From the NCBI RefSeq assembly GCF_009914755.1, contig NC_060926.1: 64,000 nt of DNA; one strand, given 5' to 3'. The stretch comes from the human T2T-CHM13v2.0 reference genome, Homo sapiens. The notes beneath the pieces were generated by a model. It saw nothing but the letters and a program-made list of their open reading frames with translations, had not been told where the DNA came from and did not search any database. Shown here piece after piece: positions 44,221 to 58,723 of the stretch. The stretch's first letter is position 1, and each line of letters opens with the position of its first letter. A program made the translations under genes and the position numbers.

Positions 44221-46116
44221 CATCTCTATAAATCTTTGGAGTTGCTTCATATAAACTATTGGCCAGCCAATTCTACCAATTCCTTCTGCATAAATGACAT
44301 TTTTAAAAAATGCCATTATTCCAAATTGCAATGGTGCTATACTTTTCCTAGTCAAGTTTCCCAACTTACAAAATGCCTTCGGATATTGTGTTTAATGGAG
44401 TGTGTGGTGGGGAAGGAGTTGCCAAATGCATGGGTCTTTGGCCCTCATTAATATTTAGAGTTTCCTGAACCTTAAGAAATGAGGGGCTCAACAGCATGGT
44501 AGAGAGACGTGCTGAAACAAACAGAGCCATTCAGGGCGACAGGAACGAGCTATCGTGTACGTTAAATGTTAACTCCCTTTAAAAATAAAATAACACAGAA
44601 AGCAATCTTCGCATGGGAAATAGATCACACTAGATTAGGCAAATGTTGTTGTTTCAGGTGGCTAACCTTGTTGCTCCAAACCCAAGCCCGGAGTTAAAAA
44701 ACAAAACCACGAGCTGGAGGGGCAGCCTAAAGTGCAGTAGTTTAAATGCAGTCCTATTAACAGTAACTTAATACTACGAATTTGGGAAGTTTGGACTTTG
44801 GCCCTCTTGCTCAGGAGACCTTAAAAATAAAGATAGCTGCACAGTGAACATGAGCCACCCGCTTGTTTTCCATTAGGTACCTGGTGAGAGATATTTATTT
44901 CGCCTGTTGTCTGCTGGATGATTTTTTCCAGGGTCAAAAGTACGATTGTGTGCTGGGTACACAAGTGTGGAGTTAAGTATGCGGGGCCCTAGAACGGGAG
45001 CTTGAACAGATGCTCTTGGAACAGTTGTACATAATTCACTCCTCTTGGAATTTGGCTTCCCCAGTACAACCTCAGTCATGTGAAACATTAAGCCAGGGTG
45101 GATGGTTGTCAACTGCAGAGCTTATCCACTGTGCTGCTGAAAGCCCAGCAACGGGACACTGTCCTGGTGGACAGGTTGCTATGCTGAGAAAATTATGGCC
45201 ACCACATACATTGAAGCGAGAGATCTCAGCTCCAAAAAACCCGATAACGTCCTCAAGAGCATGAACAGGGAATAGTTATCTGGAGAGAGGGGAGAAAGGC
45301 ACCACAATGATTCAGTTTGACGGTCTAAACAAGAAACAAGCACACCACCACAAAACCTGTGAAAGATGTCTCTTTCACAGACATCAGCATCTACTCATGC
45401 TGCACACTGTTCAATTCCCAGGGGTTTTACCCTTGGGCACCTTCATTAAAACACTGAATTATGCTGCCCTCCTCCTGTCCTTTGCATTCCATGAATAAGC
45501 CATGCCTCTCTGCTAGTTCAGGCCTGAAATTTATGGAGTACCTTCTATACACCAAGCATTAGATTAGTGAAATCCCACAATGTAATGTCAATGTCAATAC
45601 CTTTTTTAAAGGTGTTATTAGAATCAATTTACAAATAAGAAAGACTAAATGATTGATAGGTTTAGTAACTTACCCAAGGTGAAATAGGTAGGAAGCATGA
45701 AAATCAGAATCAGGGTCATAACTGGTTGCAAAACACCTTGGTAGATATTTTAGGCATTTTTCTCTCTGCCTATGATGTTTTTCCAGTTGTCTGCCAAGGC
45801 AACATCATCTTTTCAGTCCTGGTCCCAGTCCAGTGCTATGTCTTCCATGTGGCTTTCCCTGAACCCTTCCTCCGACCAAGCATAGCTACTTACACTTTGT
45901 TCTTCTGTCCTCACAGCCTTTGTGTGCACATAGAGTATGTATCACACCTTCTGCAATTATCTACATGTTTATCTTCCTGATTTCATATACCATGCATGCT
46001 TAAGGACACTTTGCTTCATTTATCTTTATGTATAAAATGCCTGGTGCTCAATAAATATATGTTGAATGAAACTCAACTATACCTCTAATTATAACACCAT
46101 TCAGAGTTGGCTTCTA

Positions 46117-46484
<368 letters not shown>

Positions 46485-48216
46485 TTACTGTCCACATAAG
46501 GCAGACCCAGAAGCAAATATCACATGGAACCCCTGTTGAGGACCTGAATGCCATAGTTTATGGCCCAAATGCAAAGCAAGAGGCCACAAATTAGGAACTA
46601 GCTGAACAAGGATCACTTCAAGGCCTGTCGGGCAGGAGTTGCCATTACAGAGACAACAGCTGGCATTTGTGATGCATGTGGAGATTCCGAGTGTTCTCAC
46701 TGTGTACCCTGCAAGCCTTACCTTAGGATGCAGATTGTCATAGCTCTCTTTTAAAGATGAAAAAACTGGAGTTCAATGATGAATAAATGATCCGATGTCA
46801 TGTAGCAAATATGATACAAGAATATGATTTTGAGCCAGGTTTTTACACACCCTAACACTTTTGTATAAGCCAATTCTATCTTGAAGAATAGAGATCAAAG
46901 ACAATAGGTATGTTTCTAAAACAATGGAAACTAAAAACAACAACAACAAAAACAAAAACAAGACAGTGTGAATACCTAGTGTACCTAGTGTTAGAAAGTG
47001 AGATTCAACCAAGAATTGTGGAAACCCAAACGTCTAGCTTCTTGTCTTGTCTCTCTGCATGCTAGCAGTGTAGCATTGGCCAAAACATTTACCTTCTAGA
47101 AGCCTCCATTTTCTTTTCAAACCTCTATTAAATGAAAATCGTCATCTGAGGCCTTCTTTCCTTAGAGAAATATACAATATATGGAGCTGATCCATCTGAA
47201 ACCTCTTTGTAAACTGTAAAACACTCTAAAAGCCAGAGTGGCAGTTACAGGTGTTTTTACCCCTTGAAGAATGATGAAATGGGTTGGGGCAGTCATGGTT
47301 CAATCATTTAACTATAAATTTAAAAATTCCTGCACACAGAGCTTGCTAAGGGAAATACTTTGATTTCTTTGCAGAGTCTCTTTTGTACCTTTAAATTTTA
47401 TCAAGTACGCAAAGCGCATGATCAGTATTTACAGGCCCTGTCTAAATCTGAGATGAGAAGAAAGTTATGGACATATTGGATGAAATTCAGACGACACGTT
47501 CTAGAGGAAAGAGAAGCGGTCTGTTGGCAAAGTGTGTGCCTTGTTGGAATGTGATGTGGGTAGCCCAGTGATCCTAGGCACTCTTTGCCCTCACGTCTGT
47601 GGTCTTGAGCTGCCATTGCTCCTTCTTCCCACGTAGAAGAGATGTTCTGCGGGTTTCTGGGGTAGCTAGACCCATGTACACAACCTGTGGATCTCAGAAA
47701 ACTGCGAACTCTGAGGTCAGGAAACATCCCTTTGCACACTTGGTCTCTGGACTTCCCTCCCACTGGCTCCTGAGTTACCATCACAGAACTTTAGTCTCTT
47801 CAGATTACAGGCCACAGACATCCATCAAAGACTGTTGTCTGTTTGTTGCTTAAACGAGGAGATTGGCCAGAAATTTTGTTTTAAAATCATCCTGGAAACT
47901 GTAAGCAAGTTATCTCAGAATGTAAGAGGGCATGAAAAGAAAAGCCATTTATGAAGGTTTAACGACACATTGCACTTTTGAAAAGAGAGGAAGAAATTTA
48001 TGATGACCCTAAATGTAGAGTGTGAGATAGACAAATGGCTGAACTAGAAAATAGAGAAGGAGGATTAAGTTAGGAGAGGTACTGGAAGAATTTAAAGAAT
48101 GCAGCAATTTTAGTTATGTTGGGTTTGGGGACCTGTGGCACACACAGATATAAATGTCCATCAGATGATTACATACAGACAGGTGTGGGGTTTTCATGCA
48201 GAAGGGTAGATTGGTA

Positions 48217-48218
<2 letters not shown>

Positions 48219-48253
<35 letters not shown>
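48219..48253 (+). repeat. (CA)n microsatellite
   Basis: About 17 uninterrupted CA units. Confidence 0.95.
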
Positions 48254-48256
<3 letters not shown>

Positions 48257-48279
48257 CAGATAATAACTTCTCAATTGCA

Positions 48280-48600
48280 ATTATTCATTCAACCACTAAT
48301 TTATCAGTTAATAATTTCTTGGAGAATTCTCTTTTCCAGGCACTGTGCTGACTCCTAGGAATGTAGAAATTAATCAGACAGAGCCATCCCTGAGCTGGCA
48401 GTGTAGTGGACATTAACAGTTACAACTCCACCTAACACAGACATACATGGGATATCAGAGAGCACAGAAGAGATGTGATGTGGAACTACTGTTTCCCTGA
48501 GATGACATTTGAGCTGCATATCAGAATGGGAAGAAATTCACTGGTGGATGTGGGTGGGAACAGTGTTGCAGGAAGAGGAACTGTCTGTGCAAAGGGATAC
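48280..48600 (-). mobile_element. L2 fragment
   Basis: 'attcattcaac...ccaggcactgtgct...ttccctgagatgacatttgagctg...caggaagaggaac'. Confidence 0.6.
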
Positions 48601-49828
48601 ATTTTTTAAAAGCCTCTATGTTCGGACTGGCTTGTTGCCCTAAATAAAAATATCAGCAGAAGGAAAAGCAGCTCTGTCTAGCATGAGTGACAACTTCCTT
48701 GGACCAGAAGCAGGCAAGGATCATTCTCTGTCTAAGTGTGGACCGTCCTCAAGGACTGCACTGCCCGCCCCGAGCTCTGCCTCGCTCTGGTCATCTAGCT
48801 CTCCTCAGGCTCCCCCAACAACTGATGTGATTCTCATTAAATGCAACGTTAGAGAATCTCACATATACTAAACGATTATCCAGGTGACCAAAATACGCAT
48901 TTGGGGAGCTTACAGAGAGAGGAAGAAAGAGAAGCAGAAGGCCCTCCCGTCCCAGGGGCCTTCTTGAAGCCGTGATGAAGTGCTGCTCTTTCTGGTTTGC
49001 AAATTCAGAATCTCTGTCAATCCTTAGCCTGGGGTTCTCGACCATGCCACAGTGGAAGGTTTGCTGAATCCGTGTTTAGTGTGTGGCAACACATGGCTGG
49101 GAATTTTAAAATATTTCAGTGCTGCAGTGATTGAGTAACCTAAAGTGGTTCCACATGGTTGATAAAAGTCTCATCAAGCAGAGAGGTCTGGGCTATTTCT
49201 CCTACTCTAGGTTCTTGTACTCTGCAGATTGTTTTTTCTGCTATAGCGCACAATCAGCAACTTCAGAGGATATCATCCATCCAAGGGAGGGAACACAGTA
49301 TCTGATTTCACTCAGATCAAGTCCAGCAACTTGCCTTTTAAAACAAGAGATGGGCAGCTATTTCGAAGCTTAAGTCTTCCTTTTAACCATCTTCATAAAA
49401 AGGAAACCGAGAAACTTTTTTTTTCTCATGTTCATCGAAGCATTATTCACAATAGTCAAGTTATGGAAACAACCTAAGTGTCTGTTGACATCATGAATCT
49501 TACTTACTCAGGGTTCTAAGGGGATCTGGCAGTTACACTCAGATTTCATTTTAATTTAAAGAAAATGAATAGAAACAATTGCAAACGCTGCTTGCTGTTA
49601 TTTTAAATGGACATTTACAAAACACGATCTATTAAATAGACATAATGTGTCTTTTAAAAAAGATAATAAATAAATTAATGGACAGGAAATATACAAACTT
49701 GATCACAATATTGGATTAATCACTCTGCTTTTTGAAAGGGTTTCTTTTTTGTCACAATCTACTTATTCTCATATGAGAAAGTATCACTGTTGTATAAATA
49801 GGTCCTTGGTTATGAAGAAAAGAGGCCA

Positions 49829-49874
49829 TCTCAGATTACCCACAGAATGAATCTTAGATTGCCCACAGAATGAA
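49829..49874 (+). repeat. 23-bp tandem duplication (2 copies)
   Basis: tctcagattacccacagaatgaa / tcttagattgcccacagaatgaa, 2 mismatches. Confidence 0.85.
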
Positions 49875-52800
49875 GAGTTGGAGGGAAACTCAGTGACCTG
49901 TCCCTCTTTTACAGATACTACCCAGTGGTGGAATGAAAAGAACATGAAATTGAAAAGCAGAATCTATCACTGAACAATGGGGGAGATTTTCTTTCAACAC
50001 ATGTGGAATAGGTATTTAAATGGGTCAAGAAGAAATATAGTTGAAGAGGTGAAAGTGGGATAAAGGCAATGATTACTCAAGTTTGTAGATGGTGGTATAA
50101 ATGACATAAGTTTTGGAATTAAGCCATGTTGGATTTGACTTTCAGCTCTGCCATTAATTAGCTATTTAACACTGGCAAGTTTTATTTTTTGTTTTCTTAA
50201 TTCCCTGCAGCACAATTTCCCCAGTTGGAATTTGTGGGATTTTTATAAGCATTAAATGAGTGAATATATGCAATTAGTATGATGATTGGCTGATAGTTGG
50301 CACTTCGGAGTTGGAGAAACCAATAGCTAAGCATCTCTTTGTCAAGGTTCAGAACTGACAGAGAGATAGTCATATGACCCAGAGAGATGAAATTCAAAAT
50401 ACAGTGAGAAAGGCCAAGCTAAAAGATATGACTTAGTTTTGTGGCCACAGTTTGCTTCTCATACTGATTCCTAGAATTAGACAGACACACTCACCTGGTC
50501 ACTGTCAGTATTGGCCTCTTTGAGCAAGAACACAGCATACCTCTAAAAGTCTATCCTCTCTGCAGGCAGGCAGACTCAGAAAGAAAGGAAAGAGGAGGTG
50601 GGGCTCCTCACTCTGCCTAGAATCAACTGTGAGATGCCTCCTTTGAGATGCCTACTGGTGCTGGGTGCTATGGGGGAGAGAGTAGGGCCAGAAGAGGAGG
50701 AAATGGTGGGACTTCATTTCTACCTTAGGAGATTTTACAGCCTGGAAAGGGGAGCATCTGCTGTGAGAATCAAGTGAATAATTAATATGAAAGATGCTAT
50801 TACATTTTAACAAGATACTATCAAATGCTCCATAATATATAGACTAGAATTATTAAATGAAAGTTAATCTTGTATGCAAGAAGACCTTCTGGCTTAACTT
50901 TCCCAAAGCCCAGAAGCAAGGATAGATAGGAAGGTGTTGACATGACTCCCTTCTTTGGAGCAGCCGTTCTTTTCTCTTCAACGTGCACTTATACAACGTC
51001 TGTTGTTTGCATGTAATGTATTTTAGGTTTTTCGTATTGCAAAGGGTATAAGTTGAAGATTTAAAAAAAAGATATCAGATCAAAAGGAAAGATTTTTAAA
51101 TTTTGCCTTGGACTCAAATTGTGCTTTAATTTACTTTGACAATAACCCTTTCTTCTTATACTGTCTCCATGTAAAACTATTCAGCAACTTCCCTCTCAGA
51201 GTTTAACCAGTTGATAGCTAAGATTTATATCACCAAGGGTGCTAACATTTTAATATATTGAAACAAATATCACATAGAGAAAACTATTTTAAGATGCAAT
51301 GGTACATGGTTTCAATAAGGTTGTGGTGGTCATAGGTAGCAATAGATAGCAAGATTAGTATTTTTGGTTGGAAAATCCTAATATACTTAACCAAAAGATG
51401 GTCTTGCTTTCCCTTCTCCTGAGTCTTGGTCAGCCCAGTAAGCAAACTAATGGGAAAAAAAATGCTCGCTACTATTTTAACTATTGCTCTTAAAATGTAC
51501 AGTTGTGTAAACAAAGCAAAAAATTGCAGAGAGGAGATATGGTGAAAATAAACATAGTATTATTTTTAGCTAATGTGCGGATATTAAAGACAATAGAATG
51601 CAACTTTTTGTATGTGTGTTTTTTGAAAAGTCAGGTCAAACTATCCAATTGAGAGACCAATCGTATGGATGAACATGCTGCCATAGCTCAATACCATGTC
51701 TTTAAAATATGCTCACAAAGCACATAGAGCCAGCTTGAGACTACTGCTCTCCTATACTGTAACAAGGATGATAATTTTTGAGTGATTGTTCATAGATTCA
51801 TCCTTCCATTTCTGGAGACTTATCATTGTGCTATAATTGTGCATGTGAAAGTATTTTGGTTAGGATCATAGTGATAAAAAATAACTTCAAGCAAAACTAA
51901 AACAAGTTAATATTTTATAGATTCCGAGTATAAGATAATCTTAGAGTTGATCAGCTTCACCATGATCATGAGCATGAGGCATGCACTGTGTGTGCTGACA
52001 TGATGTGACAACCAGTGGCAAAGCCTCTGTCTTAGCAACAACACACCTAAGTTTGATTTCTGTCTCCATCAATGACTGCGATGACTTTGGCAAGTTACTT
52101 AACTTTTCTGCTATTCAGTTTTTTCGTCTGTCAAATGGCAGCAATAAAACCTAAGCAAAAAACATGAAATACCGATTCAGGGCTATAAAAATGGATGAGA
52201 ATTGCTGAGAACAGCACCTATTTACAGCAGAACAAACAACAAATGGCCATTTCTTCCATTTATACAGATACAATATAGATGTGAAGAAATGCACACTTGT
52301 GAGTGTGTGTGTGTGTATAGATTTCTCTAAATGAAAAATAAACAAAAACTTTTCTAATTGAAAGACCAAATCACAGCTGAATGGCAGTACCCAAAAATCA
52401 CTGATTCATCAGTTAGCTTTGAACATTATTTTCTAAAGGAAAAAAGCCCAATGTGGAAAATGATTAATACTCAAGCGAAAAACACTGAAAAAAAGAAAAA
52501 GAAAAGGTGGAGAAGCTCATGGTTTTATCTAAGGCACCAGGTTTACTTTATTTTCAAAACAAAAAAAGTGAAAAGCCCATAAAATGTGCAACCAATGTCT
52601 CTTGAAAGCACATGAGGTTTTGAAAGAAGACATGTTAATTCATTCTCTAGCTTCATAGAAGCCTCTATCTAAGGTAATAAAACTCAGCACATTTTTAGAA
52701 GACAAGGGGGAAAAAAAAACCCTCTCAGTATTGTAGGTGTATGTATAATTCCTTAAAACCTGCCAGTACCTTGTCACTGAAGAAATGGAAAAAAAAAAAA

Positions 52801-52934
52801 AAAACGCCACCACTAGCAAAGAGAAGTGTGCTAATGTAAAAGTGTGTTGCTTGGCAACAGATTAACTTATTTAAACTTTCATCACTGCTTTGAAGAAGAT
52901 GCTGCAAAGAGAAAGACAAAGACCACACAGTAAA

Positions 52935-53497
52935 ATGCTTGGGATCCGTGGTTTCAGGAGGCCTCCAAAGGACAAAACACACCTGCCTGGAGCTGAAACC
53001 AGGAGTTTGCAAACTATGTTTCCAGAGAGCCCGGGTCAGCAGGATTCCCACTAGATTCAGCCAATAGCCAATAGGGGGCACTACCTGGAGATGACAAGGC
53101 TGGGGAAAGAAGTTGGGAGTTTGTGCCTCTGATTGTGTGGAAGTTACTAGACACAGCTGACAGTGAGCATAGGGAATGGCAGGCTCCAGTAATCCCAGGG
53201 GAAGTAGCACCTGCTTAGCAGCTCCAGCTCTGGCCCAAGCAATGCCCCTTTAGTAGAGTCAGGATCCAGGATTGGGTGTGGTAGCATCTCCAACAGCCCA
53301 GGGCAGGAGTAGACTGTGGCTGCCAGCACTAGGGTGTTAGCCTAAGCTGGTGGGTAGATCAGACCTTTTTTCCTTTTTGTTCCTCCACTTCTTTAGTTTC
53401 TCTTCTGTTTTTTTCTGGCTTTATAACACCTTCCCTGTATTAAATTCCCTCCATTTGAAACATGTAAAGTGGTTTCTGACTGGACACAGACTGAGAG
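52935..53497 (+). mobile_element. LTR33-like ERVL LTR
   Basis: 'gccaatagggggcact', and 3' end 'ttccctgtattaaattccctccatttgaaacatgtaaagtggtttctgactggac'. Confidence 0.65.
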
Positions 53498-53604
53498 AAG
53501 TTTAGAGTTTTCCTCAATAGACTCAAATTACGGAGCAATGTGATATGGGCGACAACAGAAATCAGTATTATGTATCGAGCTAGGAAAGTAATTGTGATGA
53601 GCAT

Positions 53605-53787
53605 TGAAAACCTCTCTATAGATACAGATAGATATAGATATAGTTATAGAGATGATATAGATATATAGATAATATAGATATATAAACGTAGATGTAGATA
53701 GCTTATGTAAATGATATAAATATAGATACAGATGCAGACATACACATCCTTTTGATCCGGTTTCTCTGGGAAACGGTGCCTAACACA
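53605..53787 (+). mobile_element. MLT2 3'-terminal fragment with ATAG/TA low-complexity repeat
   Basis: 'tagatacagatagatatagata...' followed by 'ggtttctctgggaaacggtgcctaacaca'. Confidence 0.55.
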
Positions 53788-54559
53788 GGCATAGAGGGGG
53801 TGATGACCAGAAAGTGAGGCCATGAGTTGGCGGCCAAGGCCAAATAATGAAGATCTCCTGGTATCAGCTGAAGGCCTTGGGACTTTATTCTGAGGTTCAT
53901 CAGAACCACTGATAGTCTTCAGGAAGAGGAGCAAAATGGTCATATTTATTTTTTTGAAAGCCGCCTGCTTGTAGATGTGTAAGAGATGAAGCTCCAGGGA
54001 AACTAGATTTAGGAGAGCATGACTTTTAAGAAAACAGTTCCTCAGAGTGTTCAACTGAAGCTCTGCCCATCAGTGAGGCATGTCTCCCACTTTCCAGCCA
54101 TTCAAGCCTTCCTAATACTTAGAGCTCTATTCATTCTTCCCTGCTGACAACTTATTTTACGGTGTGCTTGGGCCACCCCGGAGGCAGAGTTTCTTTTTCC
54201 CTTTGCTTTTAATCAGATTACAATGACAAAAAACTATAGGAGAGGGTTTAGCTACATCCTAGTGGACTGATTAAGGTTCAAAGTTGTTATTCTCGACATA
54301 GACCATTTCAGTGACCACAGCTCACAAGTCAACAGTTTGGGTGCCAAAAAGTACATGGAAACAGAGACGACTTCTATATCCAGGCCCTGACAGCCTTCAT
54401 GGTCACAAGAGAGCTATTTTGATTAAAAAAAAAAAAAAACCTGTGGCCCAGGTCGTGGACTGGGGATTAGCATGTGTTCTTTGTTATCCCACTAGGTGCT
54501 TTTCAGAGTGATGTAAACTAGTTGTCCACCCTGCAAAGGCTCCAGACATGGAGCCAGGG

Positions 54560-55640
54560 GTGTGTTTTCCCTGAGTTTAAGGAAACTTCAGCTCCAGAGC
54601 CCGCCATGTGCGTGGGCTCCTTCCAAGGCTCTCAGAAAGTCCCTGACCATGTGTTTTGATGTTCATATAGTTTTGTAAAATTTGCAAAAGTAAGATATTT
54701 TAATTGTAGTCAATTAAGACTGTGCCTTTTTCCATTTCACTTTTTTTCTCTGTCCAACTTTTCCTCATGTTGAGTGGTGGTGCAGAGGTGGGCGGCATTT
54801 TGAGGATTTAATTGAGAAGAACCTCAGTTAGGGTTAGTTTGGGTTTATTGAAATGAATTCCTATGTCTCCTAGTCACTTCCAGAACAATTGAGCTATTGC
54901 TAACCATCCTGGTGTAGAAATGGCTTCTAGAATATTCCTGCCACCCACTGTGTTGACTCACCCAGTGCCATGACAAAAAAGAGCAGGGCCAGAGGTTGAT
55001 ACACAATACAAGCTTGCCCCAAGGCTGCAGAAATGTTCGGGGAGCAGAGGAGAAACAGGTTTTGAAATGTGAAGGCTCAGAAGCTAATCTGTGGAAAATG
55101 CTTTCAATCATCAAACATGTAAAACTGCAAGCAGATAATTTGAAACAGGAGTTCTATCTGTCTCAGAATATGCTTAATTATACAGCATATACAATTAAAA
55201 CACCCCACATTGTTTTCTTTTCGAAGGGAATTAGATAAAATATAATTATGAAAGTGACTATTTAAGTTTCCTACTGATTTGACTGGAAATACTGACATCG
55301 TCAAAATAGCAAATTCATAACACGCCATTGCAACAAAGGCTTCTTAAAAAGCTAGTTAATGAAGTTTGTCTAATCAAAGATTTTGAGAATGGTTGCTACA
55401 CAAGAAAATGTGAAGTGGCTTGAAATCTTATATCTTTGAAATCAATGTGATGTGTTTTTTTCCAAATTTGACAACAGTAAACATTTTCATGGCCTTACTG
55501 ATAGGGAGTTTGAAAGTAACAGAAGTTAAAGGAATCAACCGACTATGCAAAAGGAAAGACCTTGAGTTCTCTTTCCCTTTTCTTAATAGAAAATATTATA
55601 AAATTATTGTCATCTGAAGAGATTATCAAAGATTATAGCA
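54560..55640 (+). mobile_element. MER115/Zaphod-like hAT-Tip100 remnant with a transposase dimerisation-domain relic
   Basis: 'gggctccttccaaggc...tttgtaaaatttgcaaaagtaagatattttaa' (MER115-like); ORF 55420-55617 contains FPNLTT..IFM.L, like hAT C-terminal domains. Confidence 0.55.
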
Positions 55641-56873
55641 CTTGCCATGGCATTTTGCTAATAAGGTCTCAGTGATTCCTAGCCCCTCTTCGTCTGTGAG
55701 TTCCACAAAGGTGTAATCTCCAATCTAAGGGCCTAGAAGATATCGGAGCTCAGGGAATATTGGCTGAATAAAAGAAATGCTTTATGAGCACTGCATTTTA
55801 AAAAATTTCCATATATCTATATATACATTGGGAATATATATACAATATTATTTATTCATATTAGTAATAGTCAACATTTATTGAACAAATACTGTAACAG
55901 GTATTGGCTTAAGCACCTTATGTATGCTGTTTTTCAAAACATATACACCCATTAAGGTAATTACAGAAATCCACTTAACTCACTCCAAAGAGTGGAGGAG
56001 ATTGCGGTGGAAATGTTTTTGTCATAGGTAATTCAGGCAACTGTTGGACATTTTCCTAAGGTTAGCAAAATAAATGAGCACAATGTATCGAATTGCCTTT
56101 ATTTTTCTACAAAAATGTCATTCCACGTTTGAGGAAGGGAACATGGTGGAAGGAGCACAGCTTTGGAGCCATAAAGATCTGAGTCTGACTTCATGCTCCA
56201 TTATCTACCAGGTGGGGGATCTGAAAAAGTTGCATAGCCTGCCTCACTGTGCCTTGATTAGACAGTAAAAATATCAGTGAGAGCCTCTCAAGGAGAAGCG
56301 AAGTTTACTTTTCAAAAAAATTTTGCTGCCATTTCATCAACACACAAACATATATGAAAAGAATGAGAAGAAGCTGTTTTACCCAGAACTTCCTCCTCAA
56401 TACCAAGTGCTGCTGGCCAAAACCACTATGCCATTCACTGGTCATCTATTCAAGCCTTTTTCAGAAGAAAGACAAGCTCAGATAGCTCAGGAACTGCTCC
56501 TCACACACCTGCAGGGCAGGCAGGTCCTAAAGATGCTGGTAAATCCGACATAATCACATCCCACCTGGCGCCACCTCCCCAGCCCTTCCTTCACATCTAG
56601 AACCCTGGGCTGCAACCACAGGAGTTCACTCACTCTTGTTCAAATGTGCCTTTACTATGTCTCCCTGCAGCTTCACGTGCTATTCCCCTTACTGGGACCC
56701 TTTTCCTCTCTTCTTCACCCATAACCTTTCACCTACCCTTCAAGGCGCAGCTTAACTACCCCTCTCACTGTGAAATCTGCTTGAATGCCACCAGACGGAA
56801 GAAGTCACTTGCCCTGTATAGCCCTCCTTGGCTCATCCTTTGAACGTTTTTCTACAGGTGTCTCCATCATTAA

Positions 56874-57196
<323 letters not shown>

Positions 57197-57449
57197 CGGA
57201 AGCTTCTTCTTTTGTTTGGGGAGGTTAGGGGTCATGATATCTTTGAAGAAAAATGCAAAGCTATTTCAAGTCTGCTCATAAAAATTGAAAACAAACGTCT
57301 TTTGGCAAAAAGATGGAAGAAATAGTGATTTCTGAAGTCAGAAAGAGGAATACTAAGAAAAGATCTTTGGTGGCTGAATAAAAGCGGAACTAACAAAAAG
57401 GAAGAGACAAGAAAGACAGATTTGTCTTTGGTACTAAAAACCACGGTTA

Positions 57450-58723
57450 CTAGGTTGGTGCAAAAATAATTGCTGTTTCGGATCATGAATTTTAAATCAT
57501 TATAACTAGGCTCAAACACATCTTTATTAATCAAAATGGGAGCCATTACAATCAAGAACTTTTTACCAATAAGAAATTTGTTTATTCCTGTAGTGTAAAA
57601 ATCGACGCTTTGGGATTCAACAAACTCTTGGAAAGCATTTTCTGCATCCTGCTGGTTGTGGAAGCATTTTCCTGGCAAAAAGTCATCAAGAAGCTTGAAG
57701 AAGTGGTAGTTGATTGGGAGAGGTCAGTTGAATATGGTGGATGAAGCAGAGCCTCATAGCCCAATTCGTTCAACTTTTGAAGTGTTGGTTGTCCGATGTG
57801 TGGTCCGGCGTTTTCATGGAGAAGAATTGGGCCCCTTTCTGTTGACCAATGCTGGCTGCAGGCATTGCAGTTTTCGGTGCATCTCATTGATTTGCTGATC
57901 ATACTTCTTGGATGTAATGGTTTCGCCAGGATTCAGAAAGCCGTAGCGGATCAGACCAGCAGCAGACCAGCAAATAGTGACCATGACCTTTATTTGGTGC
58001 AAGTTTGGCTTTGGGAAGTGCTTTGGAGCTTCTTCTCTGTCCAACCACTGAGCTGGTCATTGCTGGTTGTCAAATAAAATTCACTTTTTGTCGCATGTCA
58101 CAATCCGATTGAGAAATGGTTTGTTGTTTTTGTGTAGAATAAGACAATGCTTCAAAATAACGATTTTTTACATTTTCACTCAACTCGTGAGGCACTCACT
58201 TGCCAAGCTTTTTCACCCTTCCAATTTTCTTCAAATGCTGAACAATCGCAGAATGGTCGTGGTTGAGTTCTTCAGCAACTTCTCATGTAGTTATAAGAGG
58301 ATGAGCTTTGATGATTGCTCTCAATTGGCTGTTGTCAGCTTGTGATGACCGGCCACTACACTCCTCATCTTCAAGGATCTCGTCCCCTTTGCAAAACTTC
58401 TCGAACCACCACTGCACTGTACGTTCATTAGCAGATCCTGGGCCAAATGCGTTATTGATGTTGCAAGTTGTCTCTGATGCTTTACAACCCATTTTGAACT
58501 CAAATAAAATCTCTCGAATTTGCTTTTTGTCTAACATAATTTTCATAGTCTAAAATAAATATAAAATAAACAGCAAGTAATAAGTCATTAGCAAAAAAAC
58601 ATAAAGTGAGAAATGCACATTAGAATGATGTGTAACATAACCACATTTGTTTTAGAATGTATTCCAATATCAAAGATCAAATTGCACAATGCAAACACCA
58701 CCATTACTTCTGCACCAAATCAA
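57450..58723 (-). mobile_element. Full-length Hsmar1 mariner DNA transposon (about 1.27 kb)
   Basis: Left terminal repeat ctaggttggtgcaaaaataattgctgtt preceded by TA; right repeat ...attacttctgcaccaaatcaa; transposase fragments between them. Confidence 0.93.
57527..58546 (-). pseudogene. Hsmar1 transposase pseudogene
   Basis: MKIMLDKKQIR..., ANERTVQWWF, IVTCDKK*, LLHENA, HPPYSTDLS; multiple stops and frameshifts. Confidence 0.9.

Noticed and set aside
52725-53210. 161-aa minus-strand ORF
   Set aside because: Antisense of an LTR33-like element plus a poly-A run; no protein features.
57527-58546. SETMAR exon 3 (domesticated transposase)
   Set aside because: The reading frame is broken, both terminal repeats are present, and no SET-domain exons lie nearby; this is an ordinary Hsmar1 fossil.
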